Below are positions 1 through 9,426 of a DNA stretch of 25,572 bases, one piece after another. Both the position numbers and the translations under genes were made by a program. The notes under the pieces are model-generated. The model was not told where the DNA came from. It did not search any database and saw only the letters and a list, made by a program, of their open reading frames with translations. Position 1 is the first letter of the stretch. Each line of letters starts with the position of its first letter. The stretch is from an uncultured bacterium (GTDB lineage Bacteria; Zixibacteria; MSB-5A5; UBA10806): NCBI GenBank assembly GCA_965372205.1, contig CBDVBL010000001.1, positions 1-25,572 on the forward strand. Reading direction: 5' to 3'.

Positions 1-1
1 A

Positions 2-532
2 ACCGTATTTGGTAGTTGTGATAGAATTATCCACATACTCCCAGATACGGGATGGTTCTATTACGGGGCATTTCTGATGGTATGTAATGACAACGTCCCG
101 GCAGGTGAAACATATTACCCATTTGCGATGGGCTGGTATCCGCACAGCGGACAGGGAACAAACTGGTCATTCGAGACACCGCCGGGCGGAAGCGTGGAGC
201 CAGAGCAGGATTATTGCGGGCTCTATTTTGAACCGGAGACCACTATCGACGAGAACGAAAACCTGCCACTTGAGTTTTCGCTGGCTCAAAACTACCCCAA
301 CCCCTTCAACGCCGCAACCACAATCAAATACAGCCTGCCGGAGGAGAGCGAGGTCACCATCGAAATCCACGATATCCTGGGGCGGAAGATTGAAACGCTG
401 GTATCGGGGATTCAGCCGGCCGGACGACATTCGGTGATCTGGGATGCTGAAAATCAGCCGTCAGGAGTCTATTTCTACCGGTTGGAGGCCGGAGATTATG
501 TAGAAACGCGGAGTTGCCTGCTTTTGAAATAA
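2..532 (+). CDS. Secreted T9SS type A sorting domain protein, 5'-truncated by the window edge; paralog of 925..1821
   Basis: Frame is open from base 2 (TVFGSCDRIIHILPDTGWFYYGAFLMVC...), so the ATG at 77 is internal. Shares YYGAFxMV and GWYPHSGQGTNWSFExPPGG with 925..1821. Ends in an LAQNYPNPFNAATTI...GVYFYRL...CLLLK C-terminal domain. Confidence 0.85.
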   Translation, partial: TVFGSCDRIIHILPDTGWFYYGAFLMVCNDNVPAGETYYPFAMGWYPHSGQGTNWSFETPPGGSVEPEQDYCGLYFEPETTIDENENLPLEFSLAQNYPNPFNAATTIKYSLPEESEVTIEIHDILGRKIETLVSGIQPAGRHSVIWDAENQPSGVYFYRLEAGDYVETRSCLLLK

Positions 533-757
533 AACCGAGTCTATGCAAACAGATATCCGGGATCTACATGAAAAAAGCAATGGATGATTTCCTGGAGTCG
601 GGGGCCGCGATATCGGGCCACTTTTTCGTTGAATCTCAAGATCTTGTGCAGTCTTCAAGAGGGATAATGAGGCCTAACCATTGAGTGAATAAGGAGCTAG
701 CGATTTTGACTGCTCAAAAATAGGGCAAAAAGGCTCCATAATTTATGCAAAAAAGTC

Positions 758-787
758 TTGACATGGGTTGAAAATGCAATATATTGC
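758..787 (+). promoter_or_regulatory. Putative sigma70-type promoter for 925..1821
   Basis: TTGACA at 758-763, 16-bp spacer, TATATT at 780-785. A perfect 12-bp palindrome GCAATATATTGC (776-787) overlaps the -10. Confidence 0.5.
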
Positions 788-924
788 TACCATCAAGAAT
801 AAGTCGGTTTTGACCTTCTGATATGGTTATTATCCCCGTCGAGGTTAAGGCCGGGCAATCAAAGGGATTGGAAACAAGAGACGTTAACAAATAAACCGTT
901 TTACCTGATTAAAAGGAGTAAAAC

Positions 925-1821
925 ATGAAGAGAATGTTGCTATTGGGTTTGGTCGTTGTTTTCGCCTTCAGTCTGGCATCCGCCGAGCCAAACCGGCTGG
1001 TCTATGGACCATTGGTCGGCGACGATGCGGGTGAAATTTATGTCGAAAACGCCGGCGAAGCCTTTGACGTCGAAATGTGGGTCCGCACCGATACGGATAA
1101 TCCGGCATTCATTGTGGGAGTAAACCACTCACTGATGACTGAGGATGTGGCTGTTTCCGCCCGCAATGGTGTAACTCGCAATGAGGCTTACGACATGCCG
1201 AACTGGGAATCCACCTGGCTCGACGGCCCATACATCCACGATGCAAGTGACGATGATCCCATACCCGAGGGCCACACCAGCGAGTCGGCGGTTGCCTTAT
1301 GGATTGTATTCCTTCCGCCTGTAGGCGATCCCCTCGACACCGGTGGAGAATGGGATTATTACGGAGCCTTCAGCATGGTAAGCGACGGAGACGCTGATGG
1401 TGAGTACCATCCGTTCTCGTCGGGTTGGTATCCGCATAGCGGGCAGGGCACCAATTGGTCCTTTGAAGCACCTCCGGGCGGTGGTACTGAGCCGGAAGAG
1501 GATTACGCCACAGTCTGGATCAACAGGCTGTCCGCAGACGAAGCGGACAACGTTCCTGTCGAGTTTGCCCTCGCACAGAATTACCCGAACCCGTTCAACG
1601 CCTCCACCACGATCGAATTCAAGCTGCCGGAGGCCGGCGATGTTACGATCCAGATCTATGATATTCTCGGCCGCAGCATCGAGACCCTGATTTCCGGTAG
1701 CCAGTCTGCCGGTACTCATTCCGTTGTCTGGCATGCCGATAATAAACCATCGGGTATCTACTTCTACAGAATCGATGCGGGGAATTTCAGCGATCAGAAG
1801 AGCTGCCTCCTTCTAAAATAA
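925..1821 (+). CDS. Secreted protein: signal peptide + ~180-aa uncharacterised acidic domain + T9SS type A C-terminal sorting domain
   Basis: RBS AAGGAG. Signal peptide MKRMLLLGLVVVFAFSLASA. C-terminal LAQNYPNPFNASTTIEF...SGIYFYRI...CLLLK. Confidence 0.9.
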   Translation: MKRMLLLGLVVVFAFSLASAEPNRLVYGPLVGDDAGEIYVENAGEAFDVEMWVRTDTDNPAFIVGVNHSLMTEDVAVSARNGVTRNEAYDMPNWESTWLDGPYIHDASDDDPIPEGHTSESAVALWIVFLPPVGDPLDTGGEWDYYGAFSMVSDGDADGEYHPFSSGWYPHSGQGTNWSFEAPPGGGTEPEEDYATVWINRLSADEADNVPVEFALAQNYPNPFNASTTIEFKLPEAGDVTIQIYDILGRSIETLISGSQSAGTHSVVWHADNKPSGIYFYRIDAGNFSDQKSCLLLK

Positions 1822-1845
1822 CAGCAAGACAGCAGCTTAAATTTT

Positions 1846-1870
1846 GGCGGTCCATCTGGGCCGCCTTTTT
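1846..1870 (+). terminator. Rho-independent terminator
   Basis: GGCGGTCC-ATCT-GGGCCGCC stem-loop followed by TTTTT, 25 bp after the stop of 925..1821. Confidence 0.8.
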
Positions 1871-2077
1871 ATTTGTGCAGCAGCGTCATTCTGAAGCCAG
1901 CAGCAACCTCCCATAAGCACCAACTATTATTCGTTATAGTTGTAATCAGCCCTCTCCAATAACGCGGCATTGCCGACGTAAATAGAAACTTTTCCTTATA
2001 TAATGGAGTATTCTAAATGTGCTTCAATTAAGCACAATTGGCTTGGTAGTATTCCTGCAATCCGTGAGGAGAAACAG

Positions 2078-3973
2078 ATGAAAAAATTCAGGCTTTCGGT
2101 TTCGATGACCATGATATTAACGGCGCTTTTGCTTATCAGTAACGCCGCTCCCTCGTTCGGGGAGGTTAAAAAGATCCCCCAGAGATCGGAAATCGATAAA
2201 AAGTACAAATGGCGTCTGGAAAATATCTATGAGGACACAACGGCCTGGCTTGCCGATTACGAGTGGCTCAAGTCCCGGATGGATGAGCTTGAGGGCTTTA
2301 AAGGAAAACTGGGTGAATCAGCCGATATCCTTTACGACTGTCTACAACTTCAGGATAGCCTGAATATTATATTGGGCAAGCTGTTTGTCTACGCCAACAT
2401 GAAGCAGGACGAGGATACACGCATTCCGGAATACCAGGAGCTGGGCGGCAAGGTGGGCTCCATTAATTCTCAGTTCGGGGCCATGGAATCGTTTATCGAT
2501 CCCGAAATATTGGAAATACCAAACCATAGACTGCAGGATTTCCTGAAATCCCATGAAGATCTAAAGACATATGCATTCTATCTCGAAAATCTGATTCGTT
2601 CCAAAGAGCATATTCTATCACCGGAAGAGGAGAATATCCTGGCGCTGGCCGGTAATGCCACCGGGGGCACGAAGGATATCTTTCGAATGCTGTACTACGC
2701 CGACGTTAAATTCCCCACGGTTACCGATGAGAATGGTGATGAAATCGAACTAACGCGAGAACGATACCGTTAAATCCTGGAATCGCCAGATCGTGAAGTG
2801 AGAAAAAACGCCAGTAAAGCCTATAACGAAGCGTATCAAAAATATTTCAATACGCTGGGCGCCGCCCTTGCGGCGACTGCGAAGAATAACTGGTTTTACG
2901 CGCAAGCCAGGAATTACAACAGCTGCCTCGAACATTCCCTGGATGATGACAACATACCGACATCGGTTGTGACCGGCCTGGTGGAGGCCGTCAACGCCAA
3001 CCTCGAACCGGTTCATAAGTGGATGTCTATTCGCAAGAGGATACTGGGTGTCGATGAGTTGCACGGCTATGACACGTCCGTTCCCCTTGTTCCCGAGGCC
3101 AAGGAGAAGATTCCCTACGATGAGGCCAATGAGATTCTGATAGAGGGCCTCAAGCCTATGGGTAAATCTTACATGTCCGATCTAAAAAAGGGACTCAAGG
3201 CCGGCTGGATCGACGTTTACGAAACCGAGGGTAAAAGAGGCGGCGGCTATCATTGGGGATCTTACGCAACTCATCCCTATATTCTGATGAACTTCAATGA
3301 TAACATCGACGGTTTGTTTACGCTGGCTCACGAGATGGGTCATGCCATGCACAGCTTTTACGCGAAGCGAAATCAGCCCTACAGAGACTCACACTACGCG
3401 ACATTCGTGGCCGAAGTGGCCTCCACAACTAACGAGACGATTCTGATCAAAGACCTGATCAAAAACACAAAAGACAAAAAGAAGAAAATGTATCTTCTGA
3501 ATCACTTCATCGAGGAGATTATCGGAGTATTTTACGTGCAGACGATGTTTACTGAGTTCGAGCTGGCCGTGCATGAGACGATCGAGAAAGGCGAGGCTCT
3601 TTCCGCCGAGGGTTTGAAGCAGATGTATAGTGATCTATCCCGGAAATACTGGGGCCCCGAATACGTTATTGATGATTGGGGCGGCTGGGGTGGCATGCGC
3701 ATACCGCACTATTTTACACATAGACCGTATTATGTCTTCCAGTATGCCACCAGCTTTGCCGCAGCGCTGGCAGTTTCTCAAAAAATACTCGATGGTGACA
3801 TCGATGCAAGAGACCGTTATATCGAATTTCTGACCTGGGGCGGCAACGATTATCCGGTTGCTCAACTTCAAAAAATCGGAATCGATATGACCACGCCAGG
3901 GCCGGTCAATGATGCTATCGCGCTGTTCTCGGAGCTGGTGGATGAGATGGAAAGACTTCTCGACGAAGGATAG
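2078..3973 (+). pseudogene. pepF: Oligoendopeptidase F (M3B) with N-terminal signal peptide, interrupted by one in-frame TAA at 2771-2773
   Basis: RBS GAGGAG then ATG at 2078. Motifs KYKWRLENIY, GWIDVYETEGKRGGGY, HEMGH (HExxH) and PYYVFQYATS. The two ORF-track pieces share one frame and read ...LTRERYR*ILESPDREVRKNA... May be a sequence error rather than a true pseudogene. Confidence 0.85.
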
Positions 3974-3996
3974 CATAAGATAATTCTCTCCCCTCC

Positions 3997-4044
3997 GGCG
4001 GGGCGGATGGCTGGATCTTTCAGCTACGCCTCGCCTCTTTTATT
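3997..4044 (+). terminator. Terminator-like hairpin after pepF
   Basis: GGCGGGGCG...TGGCTG / CAGCTA...CGCCTCGCC extended stem followed by TCTTTTATT. Confidence 0.6.
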
Positions 4045-4109
4045 ATAGGATTTTTTGGTCAGGAACTTTTGCAGATTTACCTGAATTAATGTTATAATCG
4101 GAGAGACGT

Positions 4110-6749
4110 ATGGAGAAAACAGCGAGAGCAACCGATCCCGTATGCGGTATGACGGTCGAACCGGAAACCGCTAAATACAAGACCTCATATAAAGGCCAGG
4201 ATTATTATTTTTGCGCCGCATCCTGTCTGGAGAATTTCAAAAAAGACCCGGAAAGATACCTCATTGAAGAAAAATCCGCGATTGCCTCCGACGATTCTTC
4301 ACATCCATCATATCACGAGATCGCGGCAGAAGCAGAAATCACCATGCCTGTGGCAGGGATGCATTGCGCGTCCTGTGTGACCAAAGTCGAGAAATCGATC
4401 AGCAATCTCAATGGCGTAGCCGAGGTATCGGTTAATCTCGCCACCGAAAAATTGTTTGTGAAATATGATGCGACAAAAACCGATCCCGGCAGATTCGTCG
4501 ACGCCGTCAAATCGGTGGGATACGATATACCGTTGCAGACAACCGAACTCGCGATCTCGGGGATGAGCTGTGCTTCCTGCGTGGCCAGGATCGAGGGCGG
4601 CCTCCGTCGAACCACGGGAGTGCTGGAGGCATCGGTTAACCTGGGGACCGAGAGAGCCTTCATCACCCATATCCCGGGCATAGGGCACGGAGATCTTCAG
4701 AGTGCTATTGAATCGACCGGCTATAAAGTCCTCGATATTCCCGCTGACGCTGCCGAGGATATCGAGCAACAACTGCGGGAGAGGGAATATCATAATCTAA
4801 AGACCAGGTTCACGGTTTCGGCGGTGCTAACGGCCCTGCTGCTCTTCCTGGCCATGTCGAAGCTTTTTGCACCATCCATAAATCATTTTTCGCAGCTTTT
4901 TATTACGATACCGGTCGTCTTCTGGTCCGGATCGAGATTTTATGTCGGATTCTGGAAATCCCTGAGGCACAAAACCGCTGATATGAATACGTTGGTGGCG
5001 GTAGGCACGGCCGCCGCATTCATCTACAGTTTAATCGCAACCGTAAATCCCGGGATATTAGCATCGGCGGGCCGCGCGGCGGATGTTTATTTCGATACGG
5101 CGGCGGTTATCATCACCTTGATCCTGCTGGGAAGACTGCTCGAATCGCGGGCCAAGGGGAAAACATCGGATGCCATCAAAAAGCTTATGGGCTTGCAGGC
5201 CAAGACCGCAAGGGTACAGCGGGACGGCCGCGAGATCGATATCGATATCAATGAAGTTATCACCGGAGATACGGTAATCGTTCGCCCGGGAGAGAAGATA
5301 CCTACCGATGGCGTCATACTGGATGGCTATTCCAGTATCGATGAATCAATGCTAACCGGTGAAAGCATACCGGTGGAAAAGAAAGCCGGCGATGATGTAA
5401 TCGGGTCGACTATCAACGGCACAGGAAGTTTTCGATTCAGGGCCACCAAGGTTGGCAAAGATACGGTTCTTTCACAGATTATCAAGATGGTACAGCAGGC
5501 CCAGGGCTCCAAGGCCCCCATCCAGAGGCTGGCCGATAGAATTGCAGGTGTTTTTGTCCCCATAGTAATCGGGATATCGGTTTTAACATTCATAATATGG
5601 TATCTCTGGGGACCCGCTCCGGCATTGACCATCGCCCTTTTGAATTTCGTTGCGGTATTAATAATTGCCTGTCCCTGTGCGCTGGGGCTGGCTACTCCCA
5701 CGGCCATCATGGTGGGAACCGGTGTCGGCGCCGAAAACGGTATCCTGATAAAAGGCGGAGAAAGTCTCGAGGGCGCTCATCGGGTTAACACCGTGCTGTT
5801 CGATAAAACCGGCACGCTGACCAGGGGCAAGCCGGATGTAACAGATATAATTGCGGCCGATAGCTTTTCAAAAAAAGAAATCCTGTATCATGCGGCCTCG
5901 CTGGAGAGAAGATCCGAGCATCCGCTGGGCGAGGCTATCGTCAAGGCCGCTGAAAATGAAAAAATAACTCTTGCAGAACCGGAAAACTTTTATTCCATAC
6001 CGGGACAGGGAATCGCCGGACAGGTCGATGATCATAAAATATTTCTGGGCAATTCGAAGCTGATGGATGAGAAAAAAGTTGATATTACTCTCCTCGATTC
6101 CGATCTAAAAAGACTCCGCAGCGAGGGTAAAACCACTATGGTTCTGTCGGTGGACAAAAGGCCCGCCGGCCTCATCGCCGTGGCTGATACATTGAAGCCG
6201 GATGCGAAAAAAGTTATCGATATGCTTCATAAGGCAGGGATCAAGACCGCCATGATAACCGGGGATAATGAAAACACGGCTAAAGCGGTGGCATCCCGGA
6301 TAGGTATCGACGATGTAATAGCCGAGGTTCAACCCCAGGATAAAGCCCAACGAGTCAAGCAGCTTCAGGATGAGGGACGGGTGGTCGCCATGGTCGGCGA
6401 CGGCATCAATGACGCCGTGGCGCTGGCCCAGGCGGATCTTGGCATAGCCATCGGCTCCGGCACCGATATCGCCATGGAGGCATCGGATATCACGCTGCTT
6501 TCCGACGACCTCTCCGGCGTTGTCAGGTCTATCGAGCTTTCCAAAAAAACCCTGCGGACGATCCGCTGGAATCTTTTCTGGGCATTTATATATAACATTA
6601 TCGGAGTCCCCATAGCCGCCGGCGTACTATATCCATTTATGGGAACGGCCGGTTTTCTAAACCCCATGATAGCCTCGGCGGCCATGGCTTTCTCATCGGT
6701 TTTCGTAGTGACTAACTCATTGAGGCTGAAGCGGGTTACCTTACAGTAA
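4110..6749 (+). CDS. copA: Copper-translocating P1B-type ATPase with N-terminal YHS domain and two HMA domains
   Basis: DPVCGMTV...YYFCAASC (YHS), GMHCASC and GMSCASC (HMA), [32 protein letters not shown] and MAFSS Cu(I)-type transmembrane motifs. Confidence 0.95.
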   Translation: MEKTARATDPVCGMTVEPETAKYKTSYKGQDYYFCAASCLENFKKDPERYLIEEKSAIASDDSSHPSYHEIAAEAEITMPVAGMHCASCVTKVEKSISNLNGVAEVSVNLATEKLFVKYDATKTDPGRFVDAVKSVGYDIPLQTTELAISGMSCASCVARIEGGLRRTTGVLEASVNLGTERAFITHIPGIGHGDLQSAIESTGYKVLDIPADAAEDIEQQLREREYHNLKTRFTVSAVLTALLLFLAMSKLFAPSINHFSQLFITIPVVFWSGSRFYVGFWKSLRHKTADMNTLVAVGTAAAFIYSLIATVNPGILASAGRAADVYFDTAAVIITLILLGRLLESRAKGKTSDAIKKLMGLQAKTARVQRDGREIDIDINEVITGDTVIVRPGEKIPTDGVILDGYSSIDESMLTGESIPVEKKAGDDVIGSTINGTGSFRFRATKVGKDTVLSQIIKMVQQAQGSKAPIQRLADRIAGVFVPIVIGISVLTFIIWYLWGPAPALTIALLNFVAVLIIACPCALGLATPTAIMVGTGVGAENGILIKGGESLEGAHRVNTVLFDKTGTLTRGKPDVTDIIAADSFSKKEILYHAASLERRSEHPLGEAIVKAAENEKITLAEPENFYSIPGQGIAGQVDDHKIFLGNSKLMDEKKVDITLLDSDLKRLRSEGKTTMVLSVDKRPAGLIAVADTLKPDAKKVIDMLHKAGIKTAMITGDNENTAKAVASRIGIDDVIAEVQPQDKAQRVKQLQDEGRVVAMVGDGINDAVALAQADLGIAIGSGTDIAMEASDITLLSDDLSGVVRSIELSKKTLRTIRWNLFWAFIYNIIGVPIAAGVLYPFMGTAGFLNPMIASAAMAFSSVFVVTNSLRLKRVTLQ

Positions 6750-6894
6750 GCGTATCTCACCAATAGCCTTCACATCGTCCATCAATAAGAAATCTCTTGA
6801 CTTCTAAGTAGAATCAATTATCCATATAATTAGAGGTAGTACGGTTTTCATCTGAGTACCGCTAGCGGGATAAATACCTCACGAGGAGGATATA

Positions 6895-9426
6895 ATGAAA
6901 AGGGCTGCAATTCTCACATCGGTTCTCGTTGCCCTAAGTTTTATGACCGCATCGGCGACGATAATTAACGTCCCAGACGATTATGAGACTATCCAGGAAG
7001 GCATAGACGCCTCCACCAACGGCGACACTGTGCTGGTTCAGCCGGGAACATACGTGGAGAACATCAATTTCAACGGGCATAATATAGTACTGGGGTCGAT
7101 GTTTCTGACGACGGGATATAGCTATTATATATCGTATACGATTATCGATGGTAACTCATCGGGATCGGTGGTGAAATTCGAGAGCGGTGAGAATAATAAT
7201 GCTGTCATTAAAGGATTCACCCTGCAGAACGGTTCCTCAAGCTCTTATGGAGGCGGGATTTTTTGCCAGAATTCAGACCCCGTCATTACAGATAATATCA
7301 TCAGCCTAAACACTGCTCGGAGCCAGGGGGACGATCACGGCATAGGCGGTGGCGTTTTTTGCGATAATTCCGATGCCACAATCACCAACAACACCATTAG
7401 CGAAAATAGGGCTATCAGAGGGCAAGGGTTTGTAAATGGTGCTGGAGGTGGCATTTGGTGTATCGGGAACTCCAATCCCACGATCAGCAATAACTACATC
7501 ATCGGAAACGTCGCTAGTCCGTCCTTCGGAGGCTCTGAAGCTCACGGCGGTGGCGTCTATTGCGATAATTCCAATGCCACGATCACTCACAACACTATTA
7601 GCGAAAATGAAGCTTACGCTTCGGTCACTGTTGCACGTGGTGGCGGTATTGCCTGTTTCGGCAGTTCTAATCTCACCATCAGCAATAACGTCATCAGCGA
7701 TAACATTACATGGGGCGAGTGGGATTTTGGTGGTGGTATTTATCTCCACTCCTCGGGCGGTACGATATCCAGCAATCTTATTACCGGCCATTCCGTAAAT
7801 GGTTGGGGCGGGGGGATTTTTTGCGAAGAGTCCAGCCCCACGATCATCAACAACACCATCACCGGGAATTCAGGCGATGGCGGGGGGATTAGTTGCTGGC
7901 AGTCCGGTCTCACAATAAGGAATACGATTTTATGGGCTAATAGCGGCGGCCAGATTAGCTATAATGGCTCCTCACCCTCCGTTCAGTATTGCGACGTCGA
8001 GGGGGGCTGGCCCGGCCAGGGCAATATCGATTGCGATCCCATGTTCTGCGATCCCGAAAACGGCGATTATTATCTGGATGCCGCCTCATGTTGTGCAGGC
8101 GCCGGGCAGGGTGGCGTAGATATCGGGGCTTTTGGAATAGGGTGTCATTCGCCCGATATAATCAACATCCCGGGCGATTACGAGACCATCCAGGAAGGTA
8201 TAGATGCCAGTTTCGATGGTGACACGGTGCTGGTGCAGCCGGGGACGTACGTGGAGAATATCGATTTCAACGGGCATAATATAGTGCTGGGATCGATGTT
8301 TCTGATCACCGGAGACGACTCATATATCTCGACGACCATCATAGACGGCAACGGATCCGGATCGGTCGTGACATTTGAAAATGGCGAGGACAATGCCGTC
8401 GTCATAACCGGTTTCACGATACAGAACGGTTTCTCCCTGGAGGGCGGTGGGATTTACTGTCTTTCCTCTGATCCGACTATTAGCTACAACATCATAAGCG
8501 GAAATTCGTCCGAATCGGATGGAGGCGGTATATATTGCGATGATTCCAATCCCGTAATATTTCGCAATACGATCAGTGGAAACTCAAATTACGAAGGGGT
8601 CGGAGGAGGCATCTGTTGCCGGAACAACTCCAGCCCGAATATCTACGGCAATACTGTCAGCGGGAATTCCACCATGCTTTATGGCGGCGCGATTTTTTGC
8701 TTTGAGTCCAGTCCCGGCATGACCAACAACACTATCTCTGAAAATTCAGCCGGTGTTTCGGGCGGCGGGATTTATTGCGAGCTGGTCTCCAATCCGATAA
8801 TCACAAATACAATCTTCTGGGCTGACAACGCAGCATACAGCGCCGAGATCGATTTCGATGATTCCTCATCACCCTATTTTACATATTGCGATATCCAGGG
8901 TGGCTGGCCGGGTGAAGGAAATATTGATACCGATCCCCTGTTTCGCGATCCCGATAATAGCGATTTCCATCTAATGGCCACTGAATGTGGCGACGTGTAT
9001 GATTCCCCCTGTATCGATGCCGGTCATCCGGAGATACATGACGATCCTTTAGGCTGCTTCTGGGGTCTTGGCGCTGTTGTCAGCGATATGGGAGCATACG
9101 GCGGCGGAGATGAAGCTACCGACTGCGTATATATCCCCGGAGACTGCAACCACAACGGTACTCCGCTCGAACTGGAAGACGCCCTCATCATAGTCGGCAT
9201 ATACAGAGGCGATATCGATCCATACTACACCTGCGAATGCCCGCCGCACGGCAGCGATTTCGCCCCCGAAGCCGATCCCAACGGCAACTGTATTCCCTTC
9301 GAGATCGGGGATGTCGTCACCGAGATTGCAGCTTACAGAGGCAACGACTCGGTATCCGGCTGCGAGGATTGCCCGGGATCGCTCAGGTTAGCGCCTGGAA
9401 AGGATCTACGCAGGAGCTTGAGATGA
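6895..9426 (+). CDS. Secreted parallel beta-helix repeat protein (two tandem modules) with C-terminal dockerin-like domain
   Basis: RBS GAGGAGG. Signal peptide ending ...MTASA. Two INxPxDYETIQEGID-initiated modules with many GGGIxC/NNTISxN repeats. C-terminal duplicated GDCNHNG...ED / ADPNGN...GD motif. Confidence 0.85.
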   Translation: MKRAAILTSVLVALSFMTASATIINVPDDYETIQEGIDASTNGDTVLVQPGTYVENINFNGHNIVLGSMFLTTGYSYYISYTIIDGNSSGSVVKFESGENNNAVIKGFTLQNGSSSSYGGGIFCQNSDPVITDNIISLNTARSQGDDHGIGGGVFCDNSDATITNNTISENRAIRGQGFVNGAGGGIWCIGNSNPTISNNYIIGNVASPSFGGSEAHGGGVYCDNSNATITHNTISENEAYASVTVARGGGIACFGSSNLTISNNVISDNITWGEWDFGGGIYLHSSGGTISSNLITGHSVNGWGGGIFCEESSPTIINNTITGNSGDGGGISCWQSGLTIRNTILWANSGGQISYNGSSPSVQYCDVEGGWPGQGNIDCDPMFCDPENGDYYLDAASCCAGAGQGGVDIGAFGIGCHSPDIINIPGDYETIQEGIDASFDGDTVLVQPGTYVENIDFNGHNIVLGSMFLITGDDSYISTTIIDGNGSGSVVTFENGEDNAVVITGFTIQNGFSLEGGGIYCLSSDPTISYNIISGNSSESDGGGIYCDDSNPVIFRNTISGNSNYEGVGGGICCRNNSSPNIYGNTVSGNSTMLYGGAIFCFESSPGMTNNTISENSAGVSGGGIYCELVSNPIITNTIFWADNAAYSAEIDFDDSSSPYFTYCDIQGGWPGEGNIDTDPLFRDPDNSDFHLMATECGDVYDSPCIDAGHPEIHDDPLGCFWGLGAVVSDMGAYGGGDEATDCVYIPGDCNHNGTPLELEDALIIVGIYRGDIDPYYTCECPPHGSDFAPEADPNGNCIPFEIGDVVTEIAAYRGNDSVSGCEDCPGSLRLAPGKDLRRSLR

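Noticed and set aside
2003-2077. Upstream starts at 2003 (pepF), 9237 and 21827 (ahpC)
   Set aside because: Better RBS-supported starts at 2078, 9423 and 21854 give proper signal peptides or family N-termini.
4062-4086. RpoE-like promoter (GGAACTT…CTGAA) before copA
   Set aside because: Spacing between the elements is too short for the consensus.
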